From Halobacteriovoraceae bacterium (GTDB lineage: Bacteria; Bdellovibrionota; Bacteriovoracia; Bacteriovoracales; Bacteriovoracaceae), in the NCBI GenBank assembly GCA_963719505.1, contig CAVRCF010000001.1:1223754-1287753 (forward strand): a stretch of 64,000 nucleotides of DNA, in the 5' to 3' direction. The notes under the pieces are model-generated. The model had not been told where the DNA came from, ran no database searches, and saw only the letters and a list, made by a program, of their open reading frames with translations. Each line of letters begins with the position of its first letter. The first letter of the stretch is position 1. The position numbers and the translations under genes are program-made. Below, piece after piece: positions 19,335 to 30,750 of the stretch.

Positions 19335-22300
19335 TTAAAGATTAGTTTTTAACTCAGCCAACTTTGCCTCTAAACCTTTTAAGGTTATTTCGAGTACGGC
19401 AGATTTTTTTTCAAGTTTCATTTGTTCAGGGGTTGCTTTGCCTGGAGTCAACTCTGCCAAGGCTGTATCAGCACCAAGTTGAGGAAGAAGTAATGCATCG
19501 ATTTCTTCTTTCGTTAGTGTGATATTTCTCTTGTCCAAGGCTTTTAAGACAGCTTCAGTATCTGTGAGTTCGATCTCTTCAACTTTTTTACCGTCTCTGT
19601 TGGTAAAAATTAGTTTTTTTACACCACCATTAGCACTGCTTCCTATTTCTACTTTCTCTCCGTTTGATTGAATAAAAGGCTCGTTTTTATTGAGAAATAA
19701 ACCTGCAAACAGCTTTTGACCTTGAGGGTTTGTAATCGGTGCGACAAAATTTGCCTTACCTGATACTACTGCAGTCGGCTGGCGATATCCATTGGATCTT
19801 TTGTCTTCTATCGTTTCTCTCGCCGTTATCGGGGAGATACCGGTATTATTGACAGCCACACGATTGAAGGAGTTTTTCTTTGTATCGGCAATGTTAGTCT
19901 CTTGAGATGATATTGGCATTTTTCTTTTTAATTCTTCGTTCTTCTTTAAAGAATCTTCATATTTATTTACCATATCAGTATATTTATTATTCATCTCTTC
20001 AAACTTTTGATCGGCTTTTTTCTTTTCTAATTCTGCCTTTTCGTCAGAGAGCTTTTTCAGTTCTTTCTCTTTTATCGCTAAAATTTCTTTTCGCTTTTCT
20101 TCAATAAGTTTTTCAACCTCAGAGATCTTTTCTGACTGTGGAGTCTCTTCAAGCTTTTTATCAATCATTTCTTGAAAACTATCGGTCATAGATGGATTTG
20201 ATTGGATTTGTTGAACGTAGTTGTTAATCCTTGTCTCAGAGGCATCTTGATAGGTTTTCTTTGATGTTAAATAATTATAGTCCGCTTCTGTCTGTGGAGT
20301 AAAAGGGTTTATGTATTTAGAAGGTTGAAAAGCTATATCTGTTTTCACTTCAGGCAATTGTTCAACCACTTTGGTTGTTGGCTCTGGTAAAATATTCTTT
20401 GATGAGTCAGGTTGTATTTCCTTTCCATCTAATGTCGTGCTGACTAATTCACCTGCGACACTTGCTTCACTTATACCTGTCTTTCGATCAACTTTAAGCA
20501 CGACTTCGTCGAGCATAATAGCTCCAGGGTAGCCCCAGTCATCATCCTTTAAATCATTATTTCTTCCTGGTAAAACATTCGGGCTTCCTATAGTAGGTTT
20601 TGATTGTAACTGAGTTAATCGAACTAAGTTTTTGGGAGCAGCAGGTATACTAACAAGTTGAACTTCGTTTTGTTTATCCTGAGTATATTTTTCAATGAAG
20701 TTTGCTGTTTCTTGTCCACTTTTCACTATCTTTTCCTTTTCCTCAGCTATCTTCTTGGATGATTCTTCTTCAAGTCGCTTTTGAGACTCCTTTAATGCAA
20801 TTTCTCTAACTTTAGATATTGAACTAAAGTCTTCCTCGCATTCAGATTTATCAAATTGTCCTGTAATCTCACATCTGAACTGCTTTTCAGTTTGTGTAAT
20901 CATTTCACAGGTATTAGTTTTTAAGAATTGGTCATAAGGAGAGTCTTTGCTCCTATGGCTATCTCCTCCGAAATTTTTTTCAATAACATCATGAAAACCA
21001 AAATTAGGAGACTTCTTAGGTGGTAATTTTACCGTACTTCGAGACTCTGTCTTTAGTTGGCACGACGCCGAAACTAGTGATAGGGCATCAATCCCCTCAT
21101 CCTCTTGAGATTTATCGTTGAATTTTGTATCAATCAACTTAAGTGTTGCAATCTCTATTTCTTGTTTCGAGGAATTTACTAATATCGTTTCATCTTTAGA
21201 ACATGCTATTTCCGACATCCTCTTTATGAACTCTTCACAAATTGGTTTTTGGTATTTAGCAAACTCTTCAATCTTTTGTTTTTCGTTGGTGTCGCGATTG
21301 TCTCTAAAGTATTTAGCCAAAGATGTTTTTTCTTGAAGAGCTTTAGTTAGTCCACCTTTTGTCATTAGCATTGATTGAATATTAGGATTGTATTTAGCTG
21401 CAGTTTTAAAAAAAGATTCAAGGTATTGTCTTAACATCTTCTCTTTGGCTAGATTTGAAAAAGACCGGTTCAAATATTTTGCGCTTTCATTCTTTACCAA
21501 AGGGTGACCTTTATTTATCCTTCTAATGTCTTGGAAGGTTTTGTCATTAATTAGAGCTTCGAAAACTGGGCTAATCTCTATTTCTAGTTTATTTGACTGA
21601 TCAGGAGCCTCTTTTCCAAATAAAAGGTGCAGTTGATTAATATTTCCAGAGTGAAACATGGTACCAGATGCTGCAATGAGGTTGTCGATAATAACTTCAT
21701 ATGGAAGCTTGTTTGAATCGTCACCCTCTTGAACTGCTGAGAGGGTAATAAAGGTTTCAACCATTTCAGGGACAAGTTGTTTTGAGTGTAGAAGTGCCTG
21801 GGCCTTAGCGTAGTCTTGCCTATTCGAGTCAGGACATGTTCGTTCCTGTCTATCACTTCCATTTATTTTTGCACTGTAGTAGGCTTCTAAAGAACTTAGA
21901 CTATTTATAGAGTTTGACCCTGTCATCTCTTGAATGTTTTTGAATAAGTCTTTCTTGGCATTTCTCCACCGATTTCCACATTTTTTTTGGAGACTAGACT
22001 TAAATCGGTTCCGATCAAAACATATAACAGATTCATTAAGTCTGGAAGTTCCCCACATACTAGTTCCAACCCAGCTTTTTGCGTTATAAAAAGATTCAGT
22101 CATACCAGCTATCTCGTGAAGGGCTTGCCTTATATGGTTTTGCCTTATCTCTTTTGCGATATCTGCATTTGAATTTTCACGTCTTTTATTGATCGCCGGG
22201 GCAGATATTTCAAATTTTCTTTTTTCTGGATTTTTTATTTGTAAAGAAGTGGTTTGGATTTTTTTCTCTAGACAAGAAGAGCAGTAGCTGGAAACTCCTC

Positions 22301-23249
22301 GTCTCTTTACAAAGACCCTAAGACTTTCTTTTCCGTCTGGAATTGATATAGCGGAGAGAATTTCACCAAAATCTCGATCTATTTTTATTGGAGATTTTTC
22401 CAACTCGTTGCATGACTGGTAGGTTGGGTTCGATGCACTTATTAAAGTGGAGTCTCCACATTTTGAACCTTCTAGGTCTGTTTCTCCAAGCTCATCTGGC
22501 TCTTCAGAATTTTGTAGAAGAACACTCATCTCTTCTCCCGACAAAAAACCTTGTATTTCATCAGCTATGCTCTTTGTACATTTTTCAGCTAAAACATCAG
22601 CTATTCTTCTCGCATCTTTCTTATTTTTAAAGTTTTCTAGGTGACCAATGAGTAGTTGCAGCTTTATTAATTTCAACTGTGCTAAGGTTGTATTGGTCTT
22701 TCAACTGGTCTAAAATATCAAGGTTAAACCTTCTTTTACTTCTAGCTCTTCTGTCGCTTTGCTTGTAAATTAATTCATTGAATCAGTAGTGGATGGAATG
22801 TCTTCGTTAGATCACCTTTGATTAGCTGGTAAAAGCTAGGCTCTCCCTTTTGCAAGGTCCGGTTTGGAAATGATGCGAATGAGCTGTTCCGAGCCGGTAA
22901 AGTCAAGCTTGAAGGTTTAAGGTCAGTTTTTTTGGACAAGTGATATTTTTTTGAAATATCGCTAAGATTCGATTTTAAAATAAGTTCTTCTTCAAAGGCA
23001 TTCACTTTTTCAAAAATATTCGATTGCCCATCCAAGACAAACTTCTCTCTAAAATTTGAGATCAACTGATCTTCAGAGAGGCCTAAAATAGAGTTTTTAA
23101 GAGCACTACAAAAGGATTTAGCATTTTCAGACTTTTTAGTCGCTAATTCATCCATGCTTTGTGCATTAGATATTACTAGGGTAAAGCCCAACGATCAATA
23201 TCAATGAGCGAACTTTAAATGGACTAACTCGACTTTGTTTTTTCATCAT
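19335..23249 (-). CDS. Very large (~1300 aa) secreted hypothetical protein, 5' end broken by frameshifts (ORF-track pieces 22775-23191 and 19335-22676)
   Basis: ATGATG at 23249/23246 reads MMKKQSRVSPFKVRSLILI and, after skipping one base near 23192, continues LGFTLVISNAQS (signal peptide). Further frame changes at ~22650-22820 lead into the 1113-aa Cys-containing, coiled-coil ORF. Confidence 0.6.
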
Positions 23250-23254
23250 TCCCT

Positions 23255-23281
23255 TTTTCGGTTGATTACTAGATAAGTTTA
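23255..23281 (-). promoter_or_regulatory. Putative sigma28 (FliA) promoter
   Basis: TAAA-N15-ACCGAAAA on the minus strand, 5 nt before ATGATG. Confidence 0.6.
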
Positions 23282-23357
23282 GTTGAGATTGTGGAATTTT
23301 TGATTTTAAAAAGGGCTTGAATTATGGGGGATGATTGAATGTTCGAAATTTCAAGGG

Positions 23358-23388
23358 GTTAGTGCGAGAAAAATGATCTCGCACTAAC
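23358..23388. terminator. 12-bp perfect stem-loop downstream of the H1-like gene
   Basis: GTTAGTGCGAGA-AAAATGA-TCTCGCACTAAC; no strong U-tract follows it. Confidence 0.5.
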
Positions 23389-23395
23389 AAAAGGC

Positions 23396-23914
23396 TTATT
23401 TTTTACTGGCAGATTTTTTTGTCGCTTTCTTTGCTTTTTTGGCAACTTTCTTCGTCGATTTTTTGGCTACTTTTTTCGCTTTTTTTACCTGATCCTTTTT
23501 AATAACTTTGTTCGAAAGTTTTTTGGCGGTCTTTTTTGCCGTTTTTTTAGAAGTCTTCTTTTTAGTCGACTTTTTCTTAGTCGACTTCTTCTTGTCGTCT
23601 TTTAAAACCATTGATTCTAACTTTGATTGAATTTTTGCGAGCTCTTTCTTTTGCTCATCAATAAATTTTTGAGCTTTTTTTATTTCTGAATTAATTAGTT
23701 TCTCAAGCATTTTTTCAATTTGCGTCGTCTCTGATTTGATTTTTGATTTAACTTTAGCAATATCACCTTCAACAGTTGATGTGATTTCTTTTTGTGCTTT
23801 TTGGACTCTTTGCTTTACTGATTTTTGAAGCTCATCGATATTGTTATCTTTAACAAAAGAATCAATTTGCGATTTTACTTTTTTCCATGAATCTAATAGT
23901 GACTTTTTACTCAT
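23396..23914 (-). CDS. Helical (phasin-like) protein with histone H1-like Lys/Ala-rich tail
   Basis: Amphipathic coiled-coil N-terminus; KKSTKKKSTKKKTSKKTAKK...KKVAKKAKK tail; GGAG RBS. Confidence 0.75.
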   Translation of the reverse strand: MSKKSLLDSWKKVKSQIDSFVKDNNIDELQKSVKQRVQKAQKEITSTVEGDIAKVKSKIKSETTQIEKMLEKLINSEIKKAQKFIDEQKKELAKIQSKLESMVLKDDKKKSTKKKSTKKKTSKKTAKKTAKKLSNKVIKKDQVKKAKKVAKKSTKKVAKKAKKATKKSASKK

Positions 23915-23924
23915 TTGATACTCC

Positions 23925-25664
23925 TTAGGTGATATTATAAAAGTTAGCTACTTTGTTTATCGGTACTCTATATCCAAAACCGAAGCTCTTCGATGCAATT
24001 TTTAGAATAGGGCAAAATTGATACCGTTTATACTCGGAACGCTTATATAAGGAAAGAACTTTTTCCACGTCTTCTTTGGGAAAACCGGCTGCACAAAGGT
24101 CATTCGAAGAGTAGCGGTAGCTTAAAATACCATCTAAGATAGCATCTAGGACATCGTACGAAGGAAGAGAATCGCTATCTTTTTGGTCTGGCCTCAGTTC
24201 TGCGGTGGGCGGTCTTTTTATAATCTCTTCGGGGATAAGGTTCGGTTGTTGAGTGTTTAGGTACTCAGCAAGCCTGTAGACTTCGGACTTGAAAAGATCT
24301 CCAAGCATAGAGATGGCACCAACGGAATCTCCATACTGAGTTGAATACCCAACTGCAAGCTCTGATTTGTTGGATGTATTGATGACCATGGAGTTAATTT
24401 GATTTGAACGAGTGTAAAGGAGCGTTGCTCGAAGCCTGGATTGAATATTCTCATCTGTGAGCCCATCAAAGGGTTGATCAAAAGTTTGCCCAAATAAATT
24501 TTTCGTTGTCGAGTGGAGAAACTTTATTGGTAGAGTGCTAAGGGGAATTCCTAGATTTTGGCAAAGTTTGCTAGATAAATCCCAGCTTAAAGGACTGGAG
24601 TAGATGCTTGGCATGTAAATGGCTTCAAGATATTGCCCCGGTTTTAGGGAGAGCCTCATAAGGGTCAAGACTAAAGCCGAGTCCATTCCTCCTGACAAAG
24701 CGATGGTAAAATTATTAAACTTACTCTTTCTAGCGTACTCTTGGATGCCAAACATAAGGGCTTTTTGAACGACCTCACACTCTTCATCTGTCCAAGGAGT
24801 AAGTCCTATTCCGGCATCTGTTTTTGTTATCTTTGATTTAAAAAGATCTTCCCAGGTATTAGTCTGTTTTGATGGTGGAACTTTTTTGAACTTAAAGTCT
24901 TGTTTGTTCACTTCATATTCAATTAAATCCGATTCGAATCTTTTCGCAGTTAATTTTACGGCTTTGCCATCACAAATAAAACTGGCACCATCAAAAATGA
25001 TTTCATCTTCCGCTCCTACTTTATTTAAGTAAATAAAAGGCGCTCTAAACTTGTTAGAAATATCAAAAGCTCTCGAATACCTTTTGTCTTGTTTTCCCAG
25101 GACAAAGGGACTTGCCGAAAGATTGATGATGAGGTCAACTTCGCCTTTAGATGCTTCAAAAAGAGATTCAACGGGGTCCTTGTCGTGGAAGCTGCTGCTC
25201 CACATATCTTCGCATATTAAAAGTCCAATGTTTTGTCCCTCATGGGAGTACACTTTTGACTCGTTACCACTGGTGAAGTATTTTTGTTCATCAAAAATAT
25301 CATAATTAGGGAGGAGCTGTTTTGTGTATATAGGAGAGATACTCCCTTTAGAAATTTCAAAAATCACGTTTCGAATTTCTACTGGGATACCATTTTCATC
25401 TAAGGAGTAATCAATTCCCCCGCATAAGATTTTACAATCTTTTCCTAAGGTTTTGCTCCAGTTCTCAATCTTTTTTAGCATTGTCTGATAGGTATCGATA
25501 AAAGATTTTTGAATACAAAGGTCCTGCAGTGGATATCCAGTAAGAAATAGCTCTGGCAAAAGATGAAGAGTTTTACTTTTGCTTTTTATATTAGTTTCTA
25601 AGTACTTAAAAATACTGTCGAAGTCGGCTATTTCATGATGGGTTTGATGTAGGGTGATATTCAT
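23925..25664 (-). CDS. nadE: Glutamine-dependent NAD+ synthetase
   Basis: Nitrilase domain (PELFLTGYP, K..LPNYDIFDE, ICEDMW) plus synthetase domain (LSGGMDS, ENIQSRLR, NKSE.AVGYST.YGD, PTAELRPDQ.D). Confidence 0.96.
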   Translation of the reverse strand: MNITLHQTHHEIADFDSIFKYLETNIKSKSKTLHLLPELFLTGYPLQDLCIQKSFIDTYQTMLKKIENWSKTLGKDCKILCGGIDYSLDENGIPVEIRNVIFEISKGSISPIYTKQLLPNYDIFDEQKYFTSGNESKVYSHEGQNIGLLICEDMWSSSFHDKDPVESLFEASKGEVDLIINLSASPFVLGKQDKRYSRAFDISNKFRAPFIYLNKVGAEDEIIFDGASFICDGKAVKLTAKRFESDLIEYEVNKQDFKFKKVPPSKQTNTWEDLFKSKITKTDAGIGLTPWTDEECEVVQKALMFGIQEYARKSKFNNFTIALSGGMDSALVLTLMRLSLKPGQYLEAIYMPSIYSSPLSWDLSSKLCQNLGIPLSTLPIKFLHSTTKNLFGQTFDQPFDGLTDENIQSRLRATLLYTRSNQINSMVINTSNKSELAVGYSTQYGDSVGAISMLGDLFKSEVYRLAEYLNTQQPNLIPEEIIKRPPTAELRPDQKDSDSLPSYDVLDAILDGILSYRYSSNDLCAAGFPKEDVEKVLSLYKRSEYKRYQFCPILKIASKSFGFGYRVPINKVANFYNIT

Positions 25665-25771
25665 AGTTATTTTTATACTCCAGTTGTTGACTCGACATGT
25701 AAAAAAAGGTAATTTCCATTTTCTTAACGTATTGAAATTATAACATTTAATCTAGAGATGAGTAAAATATT

Positions 25772-27124
25772 ATGAGTGATAAAAAATCGAGAGTGTTAGT
25801 TATTGGTGCCGGACTTGCTGGGAGTGAGGCTTCTCATTATTTGGCAAATATGGGTGTTGAAGTCGTTCTTGTTGAGAGTAAAAAAATAGTTAGAAACCCC
25901 TCTCAAAAGCTAGATACTTTTGCAGAACTCGTTTGCACTAACTCTTTAAAGTCTATGAATCCTCACTCTGGGCATGGACTTTTAAAAACTGAAATGAAAG
26001 CACTCAACTCACTTGTCCTTGAAGTTGGTGAGTTAACAGCGGTACCGGCCGGAGATGCATTGGCCGTCAATAGAGAAGACTTCTCAATTGAAATTACAAG
26101 ACGACTTAGTGAAAATAAGCTCATCACTATTGTTGAGAAGGAAGCCTCTGATCCCGAAGCCATGATGACTGAATATGATTGTGATTATTGTATTGTCTCT
26201 TCAGGGCCTTTAACCACAACAAAACTTGAGCAGTGGATATTGGAAAAACTATCAAAAGATGATTTCTATTTTTATGATGCAATTGCACCGGTTGTTGACG
26301 CCGACTCCTTAGACTACGACAAGCTTTACTTCAAGGATAGACATAAGGAAGAAGCGGAGTCCGCGGATTATCTCAATGCACCTTTTACTGAACAGCAATA
26401 TTATGACTTTGTTGAAGAGCTTGTTAAAGCTGAAAAAGTTCCTCCTCAAAATTTTGAAGATTATAAATTCTTTGAAGCATGTTTACCTGTAGACCTGATG
26501 GCTGAAAGAGGTAAGGATACGCCGCGCTTTTCTTGTATGAAACCAATAGGATTAAAAAAAGAAGGAGAGCCTGAACCCTTTGCTGTTGTTCAACTTCGAA
26601 AAGAAAATCTTTTGGGATCAGCTTTTAACTTGGTAGGTTTTCAAACTCGTTTAAAATATCCTGAGCAAATTCGTGTTTTTAGAATGATTCCAGGATTTGA
26701 GAATGCAACTTTTAATCATCTTGGTAGTGTGCATCGGAACTCGTTTTTAAACTCTAAAAAACTTCTCAACTTTGACTTAAGTTCAAAAGAGTTTCCTCGC
26801 ATTTATTTCGCAGGACAAATTACTGGAGTTGAAGGTTATACTGAAAGTTCCAGTATGGGACTTTATGTCGCGAGCCAAGTCATGAGAAAAATTAGAGGTG
26901 AAGAGCCTATCAGATGGCCTGTAGAGACTGGTATCGGCGCTTTAGTTAACTTTGTTATGACTGTTCCAAAGCCAGTTCCCTCCAGTATAAACTTTGGACT
27001 TCTGCCAACGATAAAGCTTACAAAAGAGCAAAGAAGAAATAAAGATAGAAAAAAAATAAAGAAGCAACTTGTCGCTGAAATAGCTCATGAGAGTTTTAAA
27101 AACTTTCATCAAAGGTATTTTTAG
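25772..27124 (+). CDS. trmFO: tRNA (uracil-54-C5)-methyltransferase TrmFO
   Basis: IGAGLAGSEA, AELVCTNSL, YFYDAIAP, NLVGFQTRL, FAGQITGVEGY.ES. Confidence 0.96.
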   Translation: MSDKKSRVLVIGAGLAGSEASHYLANMGVEVVLVESKKIVRNPSQKLDTFAELVCTNSLKSMNPHSGHGLLKTEMKALNSLVLEVGELTAVPAGDALAVNREDFSIEITRRLSENKLITIVEKEASDPEAMMTEYDCDYCIVSSGPLTTTKLEQWILEKLSKDDFYFYDAIAPVVDADSLDYDKLYFKDRHKEEAESADYLNAPFTEQQYYDFVEELVKAEKVPPQNFEDYKFFEACLPVDLMAERGKDTPRFSCMKPIGLKKEGEPEPFAVVQLRKENLLGSAFNLVGFQTRLKYPEQIRVFRMIPGFENATFNHLGSVHRNSFLNSKKLLNFDLSSKEFPRIYFAGQITGVEGYTESSSMGLYVASQVMRKIRGEEPIRWPVETGIGALVNFVMTVPKPVPSSINFGLLPTIKLTKEQRRNKDRKKIKKQLVAEIAHESFKNFHQRYF

Positions 27125-28027
27125 ATGGCAGGTTTTGCACTCATTATACTGGCCTGTGCATTTTGGGCCTTGGATACTCTTATTCGTTATCCTCTTATGC
27201 AAAATGGGTTAGATGCAGTCTCATTGGTTTTCTACGAACATCTTTTACTGACGCTTATTTTTTCCATCGTCTTTTTTAAATCCTTAAAAAAAGTATGGGA
27301 AGCGAAGACCTCTCATTACTTTTACTTTTTTATGGTTGGGGGAGTTGGATCGGCTCTTGCTACGGTCGCTTTTTCAAGAGCCTTTATGTTTCTCAATCCA
27401 TCGCTGGTTATTCTTCTTCAAAAGTTTCAACCCTTAGTCGTTATTTTATTAGCGCGAGTCGTTTTGCGCGAACAGATAAAAAAAGCTTTTATTTTCTGGG
27501 CTGTTGTTTGTCTTTTAGGTGCTTTGCTCATTTCTTACGAAGACATTATGCAAATTGATATTAGCTCTCAAAGCTGGTCGGAAAACTTATTCGCTCCAAG
27601 TGCAATTCAGGGCTATATTCTCGTTTTCTTTTCCATTTTTGGATGGGGAGCCGCAACTGTCTATGGAAAGAAGCTTGGGTTAGAGGGCTATACAAACGAG
27701 CAAATTATGGCCGGACGCTTTATTTTAGGCTTTCTATGCCTCATTCCTTTTGCTTTGAAAGCTCCGGATCTCTTTGGTGAAAGTATTGAAGTTTATGGAA
27801 AAATCTCTCTCATGGTCTTAGTTTCTGGTTTATTGGCCATGTATGTTTTTTATCAGGGATTGCGTAAGGTTTCTGCTAGGGCTTGTTCTTTGGCAGAGAT
27901 GTTTTTTCCTTTTATGGCCGTTATTGTGAATTGGCTTTTCTTAGGCGCTGCACTTACACCTATTCAACTCATAGGTGGAGGGGTCTTACTTTTAGGCTCA
28001 GTCGTTATTCAGCTTAAACACTACTGA
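27125..28027 (+). CDS. DMT/EamA family transporter
   Basis: About 10 TM helices in two EamA repeats. Confidence 0.88.
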   Translation: MAGFALIILACAFWALDTLIRYPLMQNGLDAVSLVFYEHLLLTLIFSIVFFKSLKKVWEAKTSHYFYFFMVGGVGSALATVAFSRAFMFLNPSLVILLQKFQPLVVILLARVVLREQIKKAFIFWAVVCLLGALLISYEDIMQIDISSQSWSENLFAPSAIQGYILVFFSIFGWGAATVYGKKLGLEGYTNEQIMAGRFILGFLCLIPFALKAPDLFGESIEVYGKISLMVLVSGLLAMYVFYQGLRKVSARACSLAEMFFPFMAVIVNWLFLGAALTPIQLIGGGVLLLGSVVIQLKHY

Positions 28028-29001
28028 TCTACTAAGCACACCTCAATCTTTTTAATGGTCTCTTTGATGATATCTTCAATAGGTTTATTTTTTTCAATAA
28101 TCGTTGCTGCTGAGTGAGAGTGTCCCCCCCCTCCGAGAGTTGTCGCAATCGTTCCAACATCGCAAGTTCCAGTGGATCTTAAACTCACTTTAACTTGCTC
28201 TCCATCGTCTCTAATCATACACGCGACTTTAATATTGTCGAGAATCAGAAGGTGATTGATAAAAGCATGTGTGTCTTCAATGTCAGTTTCAAAATCAGCG
28301 AGATCATTTTGGTTAAAGACAATCCAATAGATGTTTCCAGCTTCATTAGATTTTGCACTACCAAGAATTTTACCTAATAAATGGAGATGTTGAATCGTTT
28401 TAGTTCCATAAATGCCATTATAAGCGGTTGTTGGCTCTATGCCTGTTTTCAAAAGCTTACTTACTAATAGGTGTGTTCTTGAGCTAACTGTAGGGTAGCG
28501 AAAACTGCTTGTATCTATAATAATTGATGTATAGAGGGCCAGGGACATTTCCTTATCAAAAGGTATTCCAAGAAATTCAGTGAACTCACCAACAATTTGT
28601 CCTGTTGCTGCCGCAGTTGTATCGATACAGTGATCGTCACTCAGAACTTTAGAGCAGGGATGGTGATCAATAAAAAGAAATTTACTATCAACAGATGAAT
28701 AAAACTCCATCATTTTTTTTCCAGTTCGCTCTTTAGTATTCGTATCAACTATTATGACAAGATCTGGCTTTAAATGCTTGGCTTTTTCAATAGACACCAC
28801 CACATCTTGCTGGTCGAGGTATTTATATCTCTCTAACAGCTCTTCTTCGTTAGCACATATACATGTTTTACCAATTGACCTTAGAGCGAGACATAGACTA
28901 ATTTGACTTCCAATACCGTCGGCATCTGGAAAGATATGTGTCGATATAAGGATCGACTTCGCTGAGTCAATGGCCACTTTTAACTTTTCGTTTAATTGCA
29001 T
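28021..29001 (-). CDS. nrnA: DHH/DHHA1 phosphoesterase (NrnA-like nanoRNase/pAp phosphatase)
   Basis: H..PDADGIGS, VD, IDHH, DT..FRY and GGGH..SA motifs; start moved to Met at 29001 to avoid overlap with the divergent gene. Confidence 0.88.
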   Translation of the reverse strand: MQLNEKLKVAIDSAKSILISTHIFPDADGIGSQISLCLALRSIGKTCICANEEELLERYKYLDQQDVVVSIEKAKHLKPDLVIIVDTNTKERTGKKMMEFYSSVDSKFLFIDHHPCSKVLSDDHCIDTTAAATGQIVGEFTEFLGIPFDKEMSLALYTSIIIDTSSFRYPTVSSRTHLLVSKLLKTGIEPTTAYNGIYGTKTIQHLHLLGKILGSAKSNEAGNIYWIVFNQNDLADFETDIEDTHAFINHLLILDNIKVACMIRDDGEQVKVSLRSTGTCDVGTIATTLGGGGHSHSAATIIEKNKPIEDIIKETIKKIEVCLVDQ

Positions 29002-29083
29002 AATTTCATGTCGGTTCTTTTTCTCAAAACAATGAGAAGTATTAATAATTTCACTTATTGAATCAAAGTAGCTAAAATTTGTC

Positions 29084-29998
29084 ATGGAAAGATCTTGGGC
29101 CATAAAGCTTGACGCTGTTACTCGCCTATTTGGTGTCAATAAAGTTGTAAATAATATATCATTCACTGTTGATAAAGGGGCTATTCATGGCTTTCTGGGT
29201 CCAAATGGAGCTGGAAAAACCACAACAATGAAAATGATCGCAGGAGTCATTCCACCAACTTCAGGGAAAGTGCAGGTCTCTAGCCAAAATATTGGCGTCC
29301 TTCTTGAAAATCCACCTTTATTTGATGAAATGATTGTCCAAGAGTATTTGAAATATATATGTCAAATTCATCGAGTTCCGAAAATAAATATTGAAACTTA
29401 TGTTCAAGAAGCCATAGAAAAACTAGAGCTTGAGTCCGTAGCCGACAGATTGATAGGAAATTTGTCCAAAGGTTTTCGCCAACGGGTGGGAGTTGCACAG
29501 GCAATTGTTTTCAAACCAGAGATTGTCATCTTAGACGAGCCAACGGTGGGTCTAGATCCTGCATCTGTAACGCAAATGCGAAGTTGTATAAAAGAGATTG
29601 CAAAAGATCACACTGTTCTCGTTTCCAGCCATCTTCTGCACGAGATGGAAATCCTTTGTTCAAATATCACAATTATTCAAAAGGGATGTATTGTTGCTTC
29701 GGGAACGGTGGAAGATGTTAAGAAACTGGCCGTTGGTGAACAGGTTTTGAAAATCGAAGTTTCAAAAAATGAAGACCTCAAAGATATTTTAAAAAGTATT
29801 AGGTCTATCTCCAAAGTAGAAATCATTAAAGAGAGTGAACTCACGACAACCTACCATATTCATATCGATTCAAATGTTGACGTTAGATCTGCCGTCTATG
29901 AACAAATTAAGGGAAGTGATTTACAGGTGTTTCACTTTGAAAAGCTTGATCTTAATTTAGAGACAGCTTTTTTAGATCTACTGGGGAGAGCTAAATGA
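29084..29998 (+). CDS. ABC transporter ATP-binding protein (GldA-like)
   Basis: Walker A GPNGAGKTT, LSKGFRQRVGVAQA, ILDEPT, SSH. Confidence 0.92.
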   Translation: MERSWAIKLDAVTRLFGVNKVVNNISFTVDKGAIHGFLGPNGAGKTTTMKMIAGVIPPTSGKVQVSSQNIGVLLENPPLFDEMIVQEYLKYICQIHRVPKINIETYVQEAIEKLELESVADRLIGNLSKGFRQRVGVAQAIVFKPEIVILDEPTVGLDPASVTQMRSCIKEIAKDHTVLVSSHLLHEMEILCSNITIIQKGCIVASGTVEDVKKLAVGEQVLKIEVSKNEDLKDILKSIRSISKVEIIKESELTTTYHIHIDSNVDVRSAVYEQIKGSDLQVFHFEKLDLNLETAFLDLLGRAK

Positions 29999-30750
29999 TA
30001 GGGGTGATATTAAAAAGAGAAATGAGAGCTTATTTCACGACGCCCATGGCCTACATCGTTATGGGTTTATTTATGACCATAACAGGTTATATTTTCTACT
30101 CATTATTAATCTCGTTTGTCGAAAACACTCAACAGATCCCTGGGCTTTATCGAAGTGGGCTCGACTTTGTCAATCAAGTGACAATTCAGCTCTTTACTAA
30201 TATTAATCTTTTTCTCGTTATTTTTTGTCCCATTCTTACGATGAGAGTTTTTTCTAGTGAAAAGAAAAATGGCGTCCTTGATCTCTATTTTTCAAGCCCA
30301 GTCTCAGACTCTGAACTCATTGTTGCCAAATTTTTATCATCGATCATCAAGGGACTGTGTCTTCTCATTATTACGATTATTTTTCCGATTATTTTATGGA
30401 CTTTAAAGGCACCTGATTTTTCCTTTGTCATGACGGGTTACTTGGGACTTTTTCTCAATCTGACTTGCTATATAAGCTTGGGCGTTTTTGCCTCTAGTGT
30501 GACTTCCAGTCAAGTTGTTGCAGGAGTTATTACTTATGTTGGCATTCTTTTCTTTTGGATGATTTCTTGGGCTTCATTAATTAGCTCCAATTACCTTTAT
30601 GCTAATATTTTTAAATTCATCTCTGTCGTGAAGCATTTTGAAACGGTAACCAAAGGAAGTATTTCTCTTTCGACGATCGCCTACTTTTTGACATTTAATA
30701 TCGTTTTTTTAGTTCTTACAAAAGTTTCTCTGTCAGTAAGGAGGTGGTAA
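29995..30750 (+). CDS. ABC-2 permease (GldF-like)
   Basis: REMRAYFTTPMAYI, PILTMRVFS.EK..G, six TM helices. Confidence 0.88.
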   Translation: MIGVILKREMRAYFTTPMAYIVMGLFMTITGYIFYSLLISFVENTQQIPGLYRSGLDFVNQVTIQLFTNINLFLVIFCPILTMRVFSSEKKNGVLDLYFSSPVSDSELIVAKFLSSIIKGLCLLIITIIFPIILWTLKAPDFSFVMTGYLGLFLNLTCYISLGVFASSVTSSQVVAGVITYVGILFFWMISWASLISSNYLYANIFKFISVVKHFETVTKGSISLSTIAYFLTFNIVFLVLTKVSLSVRRW

